64,000 nucleotides of DNA from Nitrospinaceae bacterium. GTDB taxonomy: Bacteria > Nitrospinota > Nitrospinia > Nitrospinales > Nitrospinaceae. The DNA lies in assembly GCA_965223665.1 (NCBI GenBank), contig OZ245011.1:1248001-1312000 (forward strand), written 5' to 3'. This document shows, in pieces, positions 53,701-62,658 of this stretch. The translations under genes were made by a program, and so were the position numbers. The notes below the pieces were generated by a model that saw only the letters and a list, made by a program, of their open reading frames with translations, searched no databases and was not told where the DNA came from. Within the stretch, counting starts at the first letter, position 1, and each line of letters starts with the position of its first letter.

Positions 53701-55997
53701 AGCAAAGTTTTTGTGAAGCTCACGTCTACATGAGGTGCTATATCCACAACCACCGGTAAAGATTGTTCCATCAGATCATCACCTACTGGAACACCACCTA
53801 CTGCACTTGCAGTGTTGGTAATAGAGCAAGCATCCACATCCGCTTGAGTTACGGTGTAACCGACGATGACATCACAACCTGCACCCGGCAACAAATTAGC
53901 CGAACATTCTGCATTGGTTGTTCCAGTTAAATCATCGGAAACCGTGACAGGAGAAAGCGGAAGGTTTCCGGTGTTCAACACCATAATTTCGTAGAACAGG
54001 TTATCCCCTGCCGTAATGGTGGGATTATTATCACCATCTACAGAACCATCCACATTTTGAAAACAGGAAACATCCGGAATTTGCTCTCCCGGATTGTTAG
54101 GATCTTCCATGAAATTCACATCCGGATCCGAACAATCTTTTAGCAAGTTAATAGATTTTGTGATAGCCATACTCGGAGTGCCAATCTTAACCACCGCATC
54201 ATCTTGCACTTCTGGCACTGGCTGTCCACTTATGGCGTCATCAGCATTAGCTCGAGCTGTATTTTTTATTTCACAAAGCTCAACACCATCAACCTGCATG
54301 CAGGTAACTCCTGTGGTTGATTTCGTGATCTCCTTGCTACAAGTGAAGTTCCAGGTTTCTCCAGATTCGAGTATTCCGTCTGAATCAATATCACCCTCAT
54401 TAAAACCATTAACTAAAACAGGATTAATAGGGGAACAAGTCCCAGGACCCAAGTCATCTGTGACCACAACATTTGTAACAGCTCCATCGGTGGTAACAGC
54501 ATAAGAGTAAATTACAGTTTCACCCTCAAAGATGAGCATTTTGTCAGGGGTTTTTTCGATAAAAATAGAGGAAGGAGCAAGAACTCCAACATCAGCATTG
54601 GTGGGTTCAGTGACTACATTATCGTCTGGATTTAAATCTGGAAAATTAAAAAATACTTCCGCCACATTACACAAATCCGGAACTCCAGAGAGATTCCCAT
54701 CATCACTTTGTGAACAAAACCCATCCACAGCTTGAGTATCTGTATCATTGGATAATCCCTCTAACGGTTGATCCGGAAGTTGTACCACGATTTCAATATT
54801 GACAATTTCTCCTGGTTCGACATTAAATAAATCACAGGTGACTAAATGAGCCCCACCATCATAAGAACAATTTCGACCCTGACCGTCAGGATCAACCGTT
54901 GCACTTACAAATTCGGTTTTTGAATCTAAAGTATCCTCAACCACCACACCCGTTGCTGTATCAGTTTCGTGAGTATTAGTTACTTGTAAAGTATAGGTCA
55001 AAGGAGGATAAACTACTACTGGCTCACCATTAACCAATTGAGCGGTACCCTGTAAAGGATCGGGTTCATCATGTTTTTCAATAATTAAATCAATTTCTGG
55101 AATAACTCCCACCAAATCTTTGATTTGTTTCAAAGGAACGGTTTGATTACCCGCTGAAATGGTATTGGCAGGGGTTGAACTGTCAACGGGTTGTCCATCT
55201 ATTTCAACTACTTTTCCATGAATAATAGAGGCTTGTAAATTACCCGTTGGAGATTCTCCATTACACCCGAGACGTGCATCAATACGAAAAATAACCGTTT
55301 CCCCAGGTTCCAGGTCATCAATTTGAACACTGGAAAGCACATCGGATCCTGAAGTAAAAGCCGGTCCCGTTAATGTCCCATTCAAATCGGTACCATCATG
55401 AGGGTCTGCCCCAGCAGAAACAAAAGAAACCGTACTTCCTAAAGAACCTATAAGGATATTACTGTCGCCCAATACCGGATTAATTTGGAAATCATCGTTT
55501 ATACCCGAATCCAAACCAAAAAAACCGGCCCCGGGATTGTTTCCGGTATCATCGTCTCCGTTTTCAACAGCACCATAATTTATGAGTGTATTATCTACAG
55601 AAGTGTAAGCGGCACCTGATTGCCCGGTTGTATCAGCGGTAAAACTAAAATCCAATTGGATGGTTTGATTCCCTACAGCTCCGGGATCCACATCGATTTT
55701 CACCATATGAGAGACTAAGTCTCCACAAGCGTAATCAGCAGCTTCCAATTCCTCACGGATATCGGCCGTTTCGTTATTGGTCCCATCATTAAACGCCCCG
55801 CCACCAGTGGAATGGGTATAGGTAAATGGAGCAGCTCCAACAAAATTCAAGCTAAAATCTCCACCATCGGCATAAGCCTTAATTGGATTTAAGGATAAAA
55901 AAGTACTTAAAAAAAAGGATACAAAAAAAAGTAATAAATTACTTTTTAAAAAGTGACCTTTTGTTTCAAAATTACTTCTTGTGTCTGAACCGCGCAT
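50709..55997 (-). CDS. Large secreted acidic repeat protein (DUF11/DUF7507-like Ig repeats), probable adhesin or surface protein
   Basis: Signal peptide ending AYA-D; repeated I..EK...GETISY...VTN.GNVTL..V...D units; D.NGDG motifs; paired Cys. Confidence 0.88.
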   Translation of the reverse strand: MRGSDTRSNFETKGHFLKSNLLLFFVSFFLSTFLSLNPIKAYADGGDFSLNFVGAAPFTYTHSTGGGAFNDGTNNETADIREELEAADYACGDLVSHMVKIDVDPGAVGNQTIQLDFSFTADTTGQSGAAYTSVDNTLINYGAVENGDDDTGNNPGAGFFGLDSGINDDFQINPVLGDSNILIGSLGSTVSFVSAGADPHDGTDLNGTLTGPAFTSGSDVLSSVQIDDLEPGETVIFRIDARLGCNGESPTGNLQASIIHGKVVEIDGQPVDSSTPANTISAGNQTVPLKQIKDLVGVIPEIDLIIEKHDEPDPLQGTAQLVNGEPVVVYPPLTYTLQVTNTHETDTATGVVVEDTLDSKTEFVSATVDPDGQGRNCSYDGGAHLVTCDLFNVEPGEIVNIEIVVQLPDQPLEGLSNDTDTQAVDGFCSQSDDGNLSGVPDLCNVAEVFFNFPDLNPDDNVVTEPTNADVGVLAPSSIFIEKTPDKMLIFEGETVIYSYAVTTDGAVTNVVVTDDLGPGTCSPINPVLVNGFNEGDIDSDGILESGETWNFTCSKEITKSTTGVTCMQVDGVELCEIKNTARANADDAISGQPVPEVQDDAVVKIGTPSMAITKSINLLKDCSDPDVNFMEDPNNPGEQIPDVSCFQNVDGSVDGDNNPTITAGDNLFYEIMVLNTGNLPLSPVTVSDDLTGTTNAECSANLLPGAGCDVIVGYTVTQADVDACSITNTASAVGGVPVGDDLMEQSLPVVVDIAPHVDVSFTKTLLINGVEYVEGSSAELAVDDEITYQFSATNNGTSSVVATLTDGLTGIINGDCPVGQQTLAPNASLNCQMTYNITQDDIEAGTLTNSAQLAIEAPEGGCFEPFNLTDDVVLTINQDPKIEIIKEGEFQDENGDGFAQVGETISYTLDVTNTGNVTLTNVDVTDPVITVDCGAFDGILDPGESVQCTGSYVVTQVDIDAGHRENLALTTGDCPNGSIDCAEDEDDDDEPLPQDPKIQIVKEGEFQDENGDGFAQVGETISYTLDVTNTGNVTLTNVDVTDPVITVDCGAFDGILDPGESVQCTGSYVVTQDDIDAGHRENLALTTGDCPNGSIDCAEDEDDDDEPLPQDPKIQIVKEGEFQDESGDGFAQVGETISYTLTVTNIGNVTLSNVDVTDPVITVDCGAFDGILDPGESVQCTGSYVVTQADIDAGHRENLALTTGDCPNGSIDCATDDDDNDEPLPQNPGIELEKTGSFQDENGNGFADAGETISYNFTVTNIGNVTLTNITLADTVGGVTISGGPIATLAPGASDSTTFTGSYTLTQADIDSGSFFNTALTTGQCTAANCPVDDPDDHTEPLPQNPGIELEKTGSFQDENGDGFADAGETISYNFTVTNIGNVTLTNITLADTVGGVTISGGPIATLAPGASDSTTFTGSYTLTQADIDSGSFFNTALATGQCTAANCPVDDPDDHTEPLPQNPAHEIVKTAVKTDTGEFDFDDNDGNGGISLGDVVYFEILATNTGNVTLDMVVTDDRDVILDGAVVPAGTSIEECDAVAPGGTCPVDPTNDPLIVGVEVTQDDVQAKVVKNVAFVNSDDDDDPNNPPPVPEDEDDDEIPVDCFDETGFAYLGDALSTTFIDLGLTADRWGWQLGPLEAGQIYEANLYTGAGGNDLSKGTLVGKVIIDYSDPNNATVTYVLDDGFVLLNTHLNVSTEADNGPDPAAPGQFNSNDLATVNPDGSVTYQLGSFEEQALYIIAHADVIVCDHQESGSKKGGKKK
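51607..52320. repeat. Two near-identical intragenic tandem units, period 354 bp (118 aa)
   Basis: GGATTCTGCGGTAACGGCTC recurs at 51607, 51961 and 52315. Confidence 0.93.
52321..53345. repeat. Three near-identical intragenic tandem units, period 348 bp (116 aa)
   Basis: ATGACCCGCATCTATGTC recurs at about 52413, 52761 and 53109. Confidence 0.93.
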
Positions 55998-56117
55998 TTT
56001 TCCTCCCGGGAAACTTCACCTTAAAATTGATTTTTCAACAATTTTCAAATTTACAATTTATTTTATTCAAAAAGAAACTCTATTGGGGTATGAATATTTT
56101 TCGCAAAATGATCCATT

Positions 56118-56172
56118 AGCTAAACCATAAATTTTTGGTTTAGCTTATAATAAATTCGGAAAATATTGTCAA
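56118..56172 (-). promoter_or_regulatory. Putative sigma70 promoter with overlapping inverted-repeat operator
   Basis: Minus strand TTGACA-N17-TATAAG; AGCTAAACCA-N8-TGGTTTAGCT at 56118..56145. Confidence 0.55.
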
Positions 56173-56391
56173 TAGAAGAAAATTCGATCTAACTAAAATC
56201 ATCGAATATCGGATAAATTTAAAAGCACTCCATTTAGGTAGGCCCTTTGTTTACAAGGGTTTCAAAAATCCTTCTCTTTCGAAATTTTTTTTAAAAATTT
56301 TTAAAAAAATTTTAATTTCGAAACAAAATCTAATGGGAAATTAAATTTTTGGTGGGAAACTTTATTAATGCCAATGGAATTAAAAGAGAAA

Positions 56392-57192
56392 TTAATAGGA
56401 ATAAAAAAGTCTCTTGTTTAACTCACTCACCCTAAGATTTTTTTCATTCTCTGAGATAAATTTTTGAGAGTAGTCTTGGTTGAGCATCAAGATTTCAAAT
56501 TCCAATGCATGCCGGACAGCATTCGAATACGATTGGTGAGAGTGCACATCAAAAGTAACGATGCGCGTATTAAATTTATCCGGATTTATTTTGGTAAGTA
56601 ATCCATCTATGGATTCAGGTGAGATTCCTCCGCCCACGGAAACCTTCAACCCATAGTTGCGGATTTTTTGAACTGCCTTGCCCACTACTTTTTGCACATC
56701 AGCATCGGTTACACTCCTTTTCATTGATTTGGAAAGATCACTGCAACCAATGGTAATCTCATCGAGATCTTTAGCAAAAGGGCTTTCTAAAATAGAATCT
56801 AATTGCTGAATTGAAACTTTCGTTTCAATGTTTATATGTTTTTTAATTCTTTTGTACTGAATGGGAGTAGTATAACTTTTTATAGCTTCAATAAAGTTTT
56901 CCAGACCATATTCTGATTCCACCATCGGAGCAATTAATCCTTCGATCGGCAAATTCAATAATTGTTTTATATCGTTCCGTGCATTTGGTCCACCAATCTT
57001 TACCATAATAGGTATGGTATCCAGACAGATCTCAGACCAAAAAGCAATTTGCGCAATAGTCATTCCCGCATCTTCCGTCGATAGCTTTATACAAGACGCA
57101 TTAAAATCTTCCACCAATTCAACCATCGCAGCTTTTTCTGCAGCTACTTTTGAATAAGGAACAACTTTAAGTGCCGCGCGACGAGTTTTCAT
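56392..57192 (-). CDS. HpcH/HpaI aldolase / citrate lyase (CitE) family protein
   Basis: VKIGG..A..D, IAPMVES, INIET, IGCSDLS, VGGGI. Confidence 0.8.
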   Translation of the reverse strand: MKTRRAALKVVPYSKVAAEKAAMVELVEDFNASCIKLSTEDAGMTIAQIAFWSEICLDTIPIMVKIGGPNARNDIKQLLNLPIEGLIAPMVESEYGLENFIEAIKSYTTPIQYKRIKKHINIETKVSIQQLDSILESPFAKDLDEITIGCSDLSKSMKRSVTDADVQKVVGKAVQKIRNYGLKVSVGGGISPESIDGLLTKINPDKFNTRIVTFDVHSHQSYSNAVRHALEFEILMLNQDYSQKFISENEKNLRVSELNKRLFYSY

Positions 57193-59447
57193 TACAGTAC
57201 TCCTTTTTTATCTCTAACTATGATCGAGGGATCAATTTTTTCAATAGAAGAACATCCTGTCAATATCATTGCCTTTCGCAATTCATTGAGTTTTTGTTTT
57301 AAATAAAAACTAACACCTTCCATTCCCGCTCCAAAAGCAGCAATACAAATAGGTCGCCCAATCATCACTGCATCCGCCCCCAGTGCAAGCATTTTTAAAA
57401 CATCCACTCCCTCTCGAATTCCTCCATCCACTAATATCTTTATGCGACCCGCTACAGCATTTGCAATTTCCGGTAGAACATCGGCAGTTCCGGGCATGTA
57501 GTCCATGACTCGGCCTCCATGGTTAGAAACCACAATGGCGTCTGCCCCTGCTTCCACTGCCATCAATGCCGATTCGGGGTTCATTATTCCCTTCAATATA
57601 AATGGAACTTTTAAGTGGCTTTTCAATTCCTGCAGTTCTTCTATAGATTTTGGGCTTACATTCTGCCCTTTTAAAGCCATCGTCTTGAAGGAGGCCGCAT
57701 CAATATCAATTCCAACCGCTAATGCCCCAGCATCCTCTGCTGCCTGAAACCGTTTAATAATATCCAGGTTAAACTCGCGTGGTTTAAAAATAGGGACTCC
57801 AAGGCCCCCTCTCCTTTTTATTGCGTCCAAACCAATTAAATACTTTTTCGGGTTGGCACCATCTCCTACCATTCCCAGAGTCCCACTGTCTAAACACCCA
57901 TCCAGTACAGCATCGGCATATTCTTTTTCATCCATTCCTCCAGCGAGATTCGTTTCCATTCCTGTGATAGGGGCAGCTAAAATAGGAAGGGCTAATTTTT
58001 TTCCAAATAATTCGATGGATAAGTCAGGGTTTTTTACCGAATGGATGGTCCGCAAATTAAGTTTATATTTTGCCAAAGCCCGTAAATTTTCATGAAAAGA
58101 ACCTCCGGTTCCAATGCCACCGATTCCCGGCACTTTTCCCGAACACTCCACTCCGTCACAGACAACACAAGCCTTACAGGCAACGTAGAATTTCTTCCGT
58201 GCATTGTTTCGAATAATGTCCCAGGTCAACTTGCAAGGAGAACCCGTTTCAATCCGTATGGTTTCACGAGCCAGATCATTGACTCGGATAGCTTCTTCCC
58301 GGGTTTTACCTGTTGAGATAACATAGCCGGTTTTACCCATATTGCTGGTAACCTCTCCTACCATATCGCCGGCTTCTTTCATTAATATTACTTCCCGAAC
58401 ACCCCGAATTTTGCGTGCATCATCTACCCCACGAATGGACAAAATTTTTCCTGGTGAAGGTATAAGAGCCCGTTCCGCTGATACCATTTGAATCTTTGGC
58501 TTTAAATCATCGGGAGGTAAACCCAATGCCACTTGAATCATGGCTTTATAAAGATTTACTCCTGTAGCAAGAGGAAATGTGTATGCCGACATCCAACCTC
58601 CACTTAAGCGGGCAGCTACCTCCACAATCTTTGCTCCATCAGGGGATACTTTAATATCTCCTTTTGCAGCTCCTAAATTTATACCCAAGGCCTGGATGGC
58701 CGCTCGGAATACCTGTACCGCTTCATTTTGTTTATTTTCGGGTAAATTTGAGGGTAAAGTGTGCCCCACCTCTACAAAATGAGGTGATCGTTCAATTATT
58801 CGGTCTGCAATTCCTGTAATAGTAATTTCTCCATTGTAAATAATGGCATCTAAACTCAATTCCGGACCTTCCATAAATTCTTCAAGAATTAAGTTCCCAC
58901 TTATAGAAGCTTCCTTAGCTTCTTTAAAAGCAACAGGTAAATCTTCTTTTCGTTCAATCTTCCTGACCCCACGGGCACCCATATTGTCACAGGGTTTAAT
59001 AACGAGAGGTAAAGACAATTCTTCTAATACGGCTTGACCTTCTTCTAAAGTCCAAATAGGGCGAAATTCAGGAATGGGGACATTAAATTGTTTTAACCGT
59101 CGCCGCATTTTTATTTTATCGGTTGCACGTTCAGCCACTTCAAAAGGAATACCGGGAAGGTTTAACGCGTTGGCCACAGCCGCTACAGTTTGTGAAGCAT
59201 CGGTACCAACAGTGAGGACTCCGTTTATCGGACAGGTTAGATGGAACTGTTTAGCCACGTTAACCGTAAGATTAATATTGCGGGTGCTTACAACCAAAGG
59301 GTAGTCCGCAATTAACATACCAGGTGCTTCCGGATCGTAATCCGTCACGACCACTCTTAGTTTCATTTCTTTGGCGACTTTAATGAGAGGGACTTGAAAA
59401 ATTCCGCCGCCAATAATCAATATATGTTTGGGACGGTCAATGACCAT
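57192..59447 (-). CDS. Fusion of ATP-grasp ligase and FMN-dependent alpha-hydroxy acid dehydrogenase with a four-Cys motif
   Basis: N-half: DKIKMR, VIKP.D.MGARGV, EEFMEGPELS, EVAARLSGG. C-half: CKACVVCDGVEC, APITG, LKGI, SNHGGRVMD, DGGIR.G.DVLK.LALGA...GRP. Confidence 0.88.
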   Translation of the reverse strand: MVIDRPKHILIIGGGIFQVPLIKVAKEMKLRVVVTDYDPEAPGMLIADYPLVVSTRNINLTVNVAKQFHLTCPINGVLTVGTDASQTVAAVANALNLPGIPFEVAERATDKIKMRRRLKQFNVPIPEFRPIWTLEEGQAVLEELSLPLVIKPCDNMGARGVRKIERKEDLPVAFKEAKEASISGNLILEEFMEGPELSLDAIIYNGEITITGIADRIIERSPHFVEVGHTLPSNLPENKQNEAVQVFRAAIQALGINLGAAKGDIKVSPDGAKIVEVAARLSGGWMSAYTFPLATGVNLYKAMIQVALGLPPDDLKPKIQMVSAERALIPSPGKILSIRGVDDARKIRGVREVILMKEAGDMVGEVTSNMGKTGYVISTGKTREEAIRVNDLARETIRIETGSPCKLTWDIIRNNARKKFYVACKACVVCDGVECSGKVPGIGGIGTGGSFHENLRALAKYKLNLRTIHSVKNPDLSIELFGKKLALPILAAPITGMETNLAGGMDEKEYADAVLDGCLDSGTLGMVGDGANPKKYLIGLDAIKRRGGLGVPIFKPREFNLDIIKRFQAAEDAGALAVGIDIDAASFKTMALKGQNVSPKSIEELQELKSHLKVPFILKGIMNPESALMAVEAGADAIVVSNHGGRVMDYMPGTADVLPEIANAVAGRIKILVDGGIREGVDVLKMLALGADAVMIGRPICIAAFGAGMEGVSFYLKQKLNELRKAMILTGCSSIEKIDPSIIVRDKKGVL

Positions 59448-59645
59448 GTAATAACTCCATATATTTTCTAATAGTCTTCAGGGTGGAAGATAGAATATTT
59501 AAATACCCTTTTTTATCGACAATTTGAGGGAGATTCTTTAAATCGAGGCCATGCATGTCAATTCATTATCACGCAAAAACCTTTGAAAAATCAAATATTT
59601 AAATAATTTTAGGAATCAAGGGGAAATGAGGTTTTGTCAAATTTT

Positions 59646-60044
59646 TTATAGGAGAGTCATATCATCCTGGTAGCTATCCTTGATTTGTTCAAGAACAAAC
59701 CCGTTTAAGTTTCTAAGGTCAGCACCCTGCAAGTAAGCTCCAGCAAATTTGGCTCCCCTAACATGTGCGCCTCTAAAATCAGACATCATGAGATCAGCCT
59801 CCTCAAAGTTTGTATTCTCTAATCGAGCATTTTCAAATATTGTATCTTGCAGGTTGGCACCTCTTAGGTCGGCGCCTCTTAAATCTGCAAATGAAAAGCG
59901 GCTACCCATTAAATCCGCTTCAACCAAAACCGCATTGCAGAGTACAGAGTGTTCGAAGTTTATCCCGCGAAGTATGGCTCGGCTTCCTTGATCTCCCTTT
60001 GATTTAAACCAAAGTTCATGATCTTCAAGAATTTTTTCCAGCAT
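59646..60044 (-). CDS. Pentapeptide repeat protein
   Basis: IL..H..W....G..G.RA N-cap, ADLRG/ANLQD repeats. Confidence 0.9.
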   Translation of the reverse strand: MLEKILEDHELWFKSKGDQGSRAILRGINFEHSVLCNAVLVEADLMGSRFSFADLRGADLRGANLQDTIFENARLENTNFEEADLMMSDFRGAHVRGAKFAGAYLQGADLRNLNGFVLEQIKDSYQDDMTLL

Positions 60045-60050
60045 TTTGAC

Positions 60051-60536
60051 TCACGTTTCGTTAATGCGTTTAACTTGATCCAGGCACTCAAACGTTTCTT
60101 CTCCAGTCCATTGAATATCCAGATAATCTGGTAATTTGGTAGAGCGATCCACCCGTGCTGAATGAAGTTGTTGGCAGGTTAAATTAATAATTAATGTCAT
60201 ATCTGCTCCCCGCAAATCAGCATTTTCAAACCTTGCTTTACTTACCGAGCAATGGGCAAAATTCGTCCGTCTTAAATTGGCTCCAGAAAAATTCGTTCCA
60301 ATACACTCGGCTCTCTCCAGGTTGGAACCAAATAAATTAGCTTGAGTTAGATCGGCGGTACTTAAACTGGCTCCCCCTAATTTTGCATTTTCCAATTTGG
60401 TTCCAACCAGCTTTGCCTTACGCAGATTGGTTTCCCTCAAATCACCCTCGGAAAGATCAGCGTTCCTTAAATCCTTTCCGAGTAAATTGAGTTTTTGTAA
60501 TTTATGTTTATTCGATTCAGCTTCTTTTCGATCCAT
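60051..60536 (-). CDS. Pentapeptide repeat protein
   Basis: A[DN]L.. repeats, C-cap LTCQQL..A......LP. Confidence 0.9.
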   Translation of the reverse strand: MDRKEAESNKHKLQKLNLLGKDLRNADLSEGDLRETNLRKAKLVGTKLENAKLGGASLSTADLTQANLFGSNLERAECIGTNFSGANLRRTNFAHCSVSKARFENADLRGADMTLIINLTCQQLHSARVDRSTKLPDYLDIQWTGEETFECLDQVKRINET

Positions 60537-60542
60537 TGAAAA

Positions 60543-61016
60543 TTAGAATAAAAAAGGTTTGAACAACATTAAAAAAAAGATGAGACCCACTGCAGGAAAT
60601 GCGGCCACCCCCAACCAAAACCATTGCCTTTCATACTCCCAATATTTTACAGGTAATTCTTCCTGGTGTTCTTTAAAAGCATGACTTGCTAACTTTTTCA
60701 TTTTCCATTGCAAAACGAAAGCCGCCAACCAACAAACACCGGCCACAACATATAAGAACAAAGATAATAATATCCACGATGCAAAATATGCAAAACCTCC
60801 CATTTGGATCAAATGATACCCAGTCCAAGGAACAATAAAAACCGTAGGCACAGTAAACAGAAAATCTGCTAAAAGGACGTTCCTACAGGCAAAATGTATA
60901 ACTGCTAAATTACGACTGACATTCGCACGATAAAACCAAAAAGCAGTTCCCAGACCAGTCCCCAAAAGAATTATCACAGATAAAATATGAACAAATTTAA
61001 GCCAGAAATAAGTCAT
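60543..61016 (-). CDS. DUF2269 family integral membrane protein
   Basis: KFVHILS...GTG.G, ADFLFT.P, W..LG..AF......LM.FKP. Confidence 0.88.
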   Translation of the reverse strand: MTYFWLKFVHILSVIILLGTGLGTAFWFYRANVSRNLAVIHFACRNVLLADFLFTVPTVFIVPWTGYHLIQMGGFAYFASWILLSLFLYVVAGVCWLAAFVLQWKMKKLASHAFKEHQEELPVKYWEYERQWFWLGVAAFPAVGLIFFLMLFKPFLF

Positions 61017-61125
61017 AATTTTTTAATTTTATAGGATGTGACTTCAATTATGTTGTTTTTATTCACTTTTTCCTTAGTTGACATTAAATTGTTTCCACAC
61101 CCTTTCTATGGTAAATAAGTAAATT

Positions 61126-62658
61126 ATGATATCTCGTGTATTCAGTGGAGCCGTAATGGGCATCGAGGGTTACCTGGTGGAAGTGGAGGTCAACCTGACA
61201 AATCATGTTCCCGGAATGTCCATTGTCGGTCTTCCGGATGCGGCAGTTCGAGAAAGTAGTGACCGTGTCGAAGCGGCAATAAGAAACACTTTACAAACGA
61301 TGCCGCTTTATAAAATCACGGTAAACTTAGCTCCTGCCAATATCAAAAAAGAAGGTTCTGCTTTTGATCTTCCCATCGCCATTGGAATATTAGCGGCTGA
61401 TGGATTAATTGAAAAAAATAAACTATCTCAACTCATGATACTTGGAGAGCTTTCTCTGGATGGACGTATACGTCCAATAAAGGGGGCATTGTCTATTGCC
61501 GCACAGGCAAGAGATCAAGGTTTTGAGGGAATTTTGCTGCCACAAGAAAACGCAGCAGAGGCGGCTGTTGTAGAAGGTTTAAAAGTTTACCCGGTAAACG
61601 ATCTTCCTTCAGCTATTTCTTTTTTAAACGGAGAAACTGAAATCGCTCCGAAAATTTCTGATCCTGAAAAAGATTTTTCCGATTATTCCAGTTACGACAT
61701 TGATTTCACAGATGTCAAAGGACAGCATCATGTAAAACGAACATTAGAAATTGCTGCCGCAGGAGGACACAATATTATTTTAATAGGTCCACCCGGTAGT
61801 GGAAAGTCCATGCTCGCTAAAAGGGTCCCTACCATATTACCTTCGCTCACATTAGAAGAGGCCATTGAATCCACAAAAATTCACAGTGTGATGGGATATT
61901 TAGATAACGGCTGTGGATTATTAAGTACGCGGGTGTTTCGGTCGCCACACCATACTATTTCAGATGCAGGTTTAATTGGGGGAGGCAAATTTCCTATGCC
62001 GGGTGAAGTATCGCTGGCACACAATGGAGTATTATTTCTGGACGAATTACCCGAGTTTAAGCGCAATGCATTAGAGGTTTTACGACAACCCCTTGAAGAT
62101 GGAAAAGTTTCTATTTCCCGGGCCGCAGGCTCTATCACCTACCCCACTCACTTTATGTTGGTGGCTGCCATGAATCCCTGCCCTTGCGGTTACCGAACTG
62201 ACCGCAAACGGGAGTGCCAATGTAATCCTCTTCAAATAAAAAAGTATGTTTCAAGAATTTCTGGGCCTCTCTTAGATCGCATTGATCTTCATGTTGAGGT
62301 CCCCTCTGTGGAATATAAAGATCTTTCTTCAAATTCCATTGGCGAGCCCTCGAATACTATTCGGGAAAGAGTAGAAGAAGCTCGCCAAATCCAATTACAA
62401 CGATTTATCTTAACGAAAACGTTTTTTAATTCGCGAATGAACACGAAACAGCTACAAAAATTTTGTCAATTGGACGAGCCTTCTCAAAAAATTATGTCCT
62501 TAGCTATTGATAAACTGGGATTGAGCGCGCGCGCCCATGATCGAATACTTAAAGTTTCACGTACTATTGCCGACCTGGAAAAATCTGATCAAATTTTGCC
62601 AGAATATGTTGCTGAGGCTATTCAATATCGTTCATTAGATAGAGAAAGTTTTTTCTAA
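61126..62658 (+). CDS. comM: YifB/ComM Mg-chelatase-like AAA ATPase
   Basis: IVGLPD.AVRES, NLAPA..KKEG..FDLPIA, GPPGSGKSM, FRSPHH, NPCPCG, SGPLLDRID. Confidence 0.95.
   Translation: MISRVFSGAVMGIEGYLVEVEVNLTNHVPGMSIVGLPDAAVRESSDRVEAAIRNTLQTMPLYKITVNLAPANIKKEGSAFDLPIAIGILAADGLIEKNKLSQLMILGELSLDGRIRPIKGALSIAAQARDQGFEGILLPQENAAEAAVVEGLKVYPVNDLPSAISFLNGETEIAPKISDPEKDFSDYSSYDIDFTDVKGQHHVKRTLEIAAAGGHNIILIGPPGSGKSMLAKRVPTILPSLTLEEAIESTKIHSVMGYLDNGCGLLSTRVFRSPHHTISDAGLIGGGKFPMPGEVSLAHNGVLFLDELPEFKRNALEVLRQPLEDGKVSISRAAGSITYPTHFMLVAAMNPCPCGYRTDRKRECQCNPLQIKKYVSRISGPLLDRIDLHVEVPSVEYKDLSSNSIGEPSNTIRERVEEARQIQLQRFILTKTFFNSRMNTKQLQKFCQLDEPSQKIMSLAIDKLGLSARAHDRILKVSRTIADLEKSDQILPEYVAEAIQYRSLDRESFF

Noticed and set aside
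59646-60536. Qnr quinolone-resistance genes
   Set aside because: Generic short pentapeptide repeats without Qnr length or recognisable loop features
61126-62658. comM as a mobile-element integration site
   Set aside because: Gene is intact and no integrase is nearby
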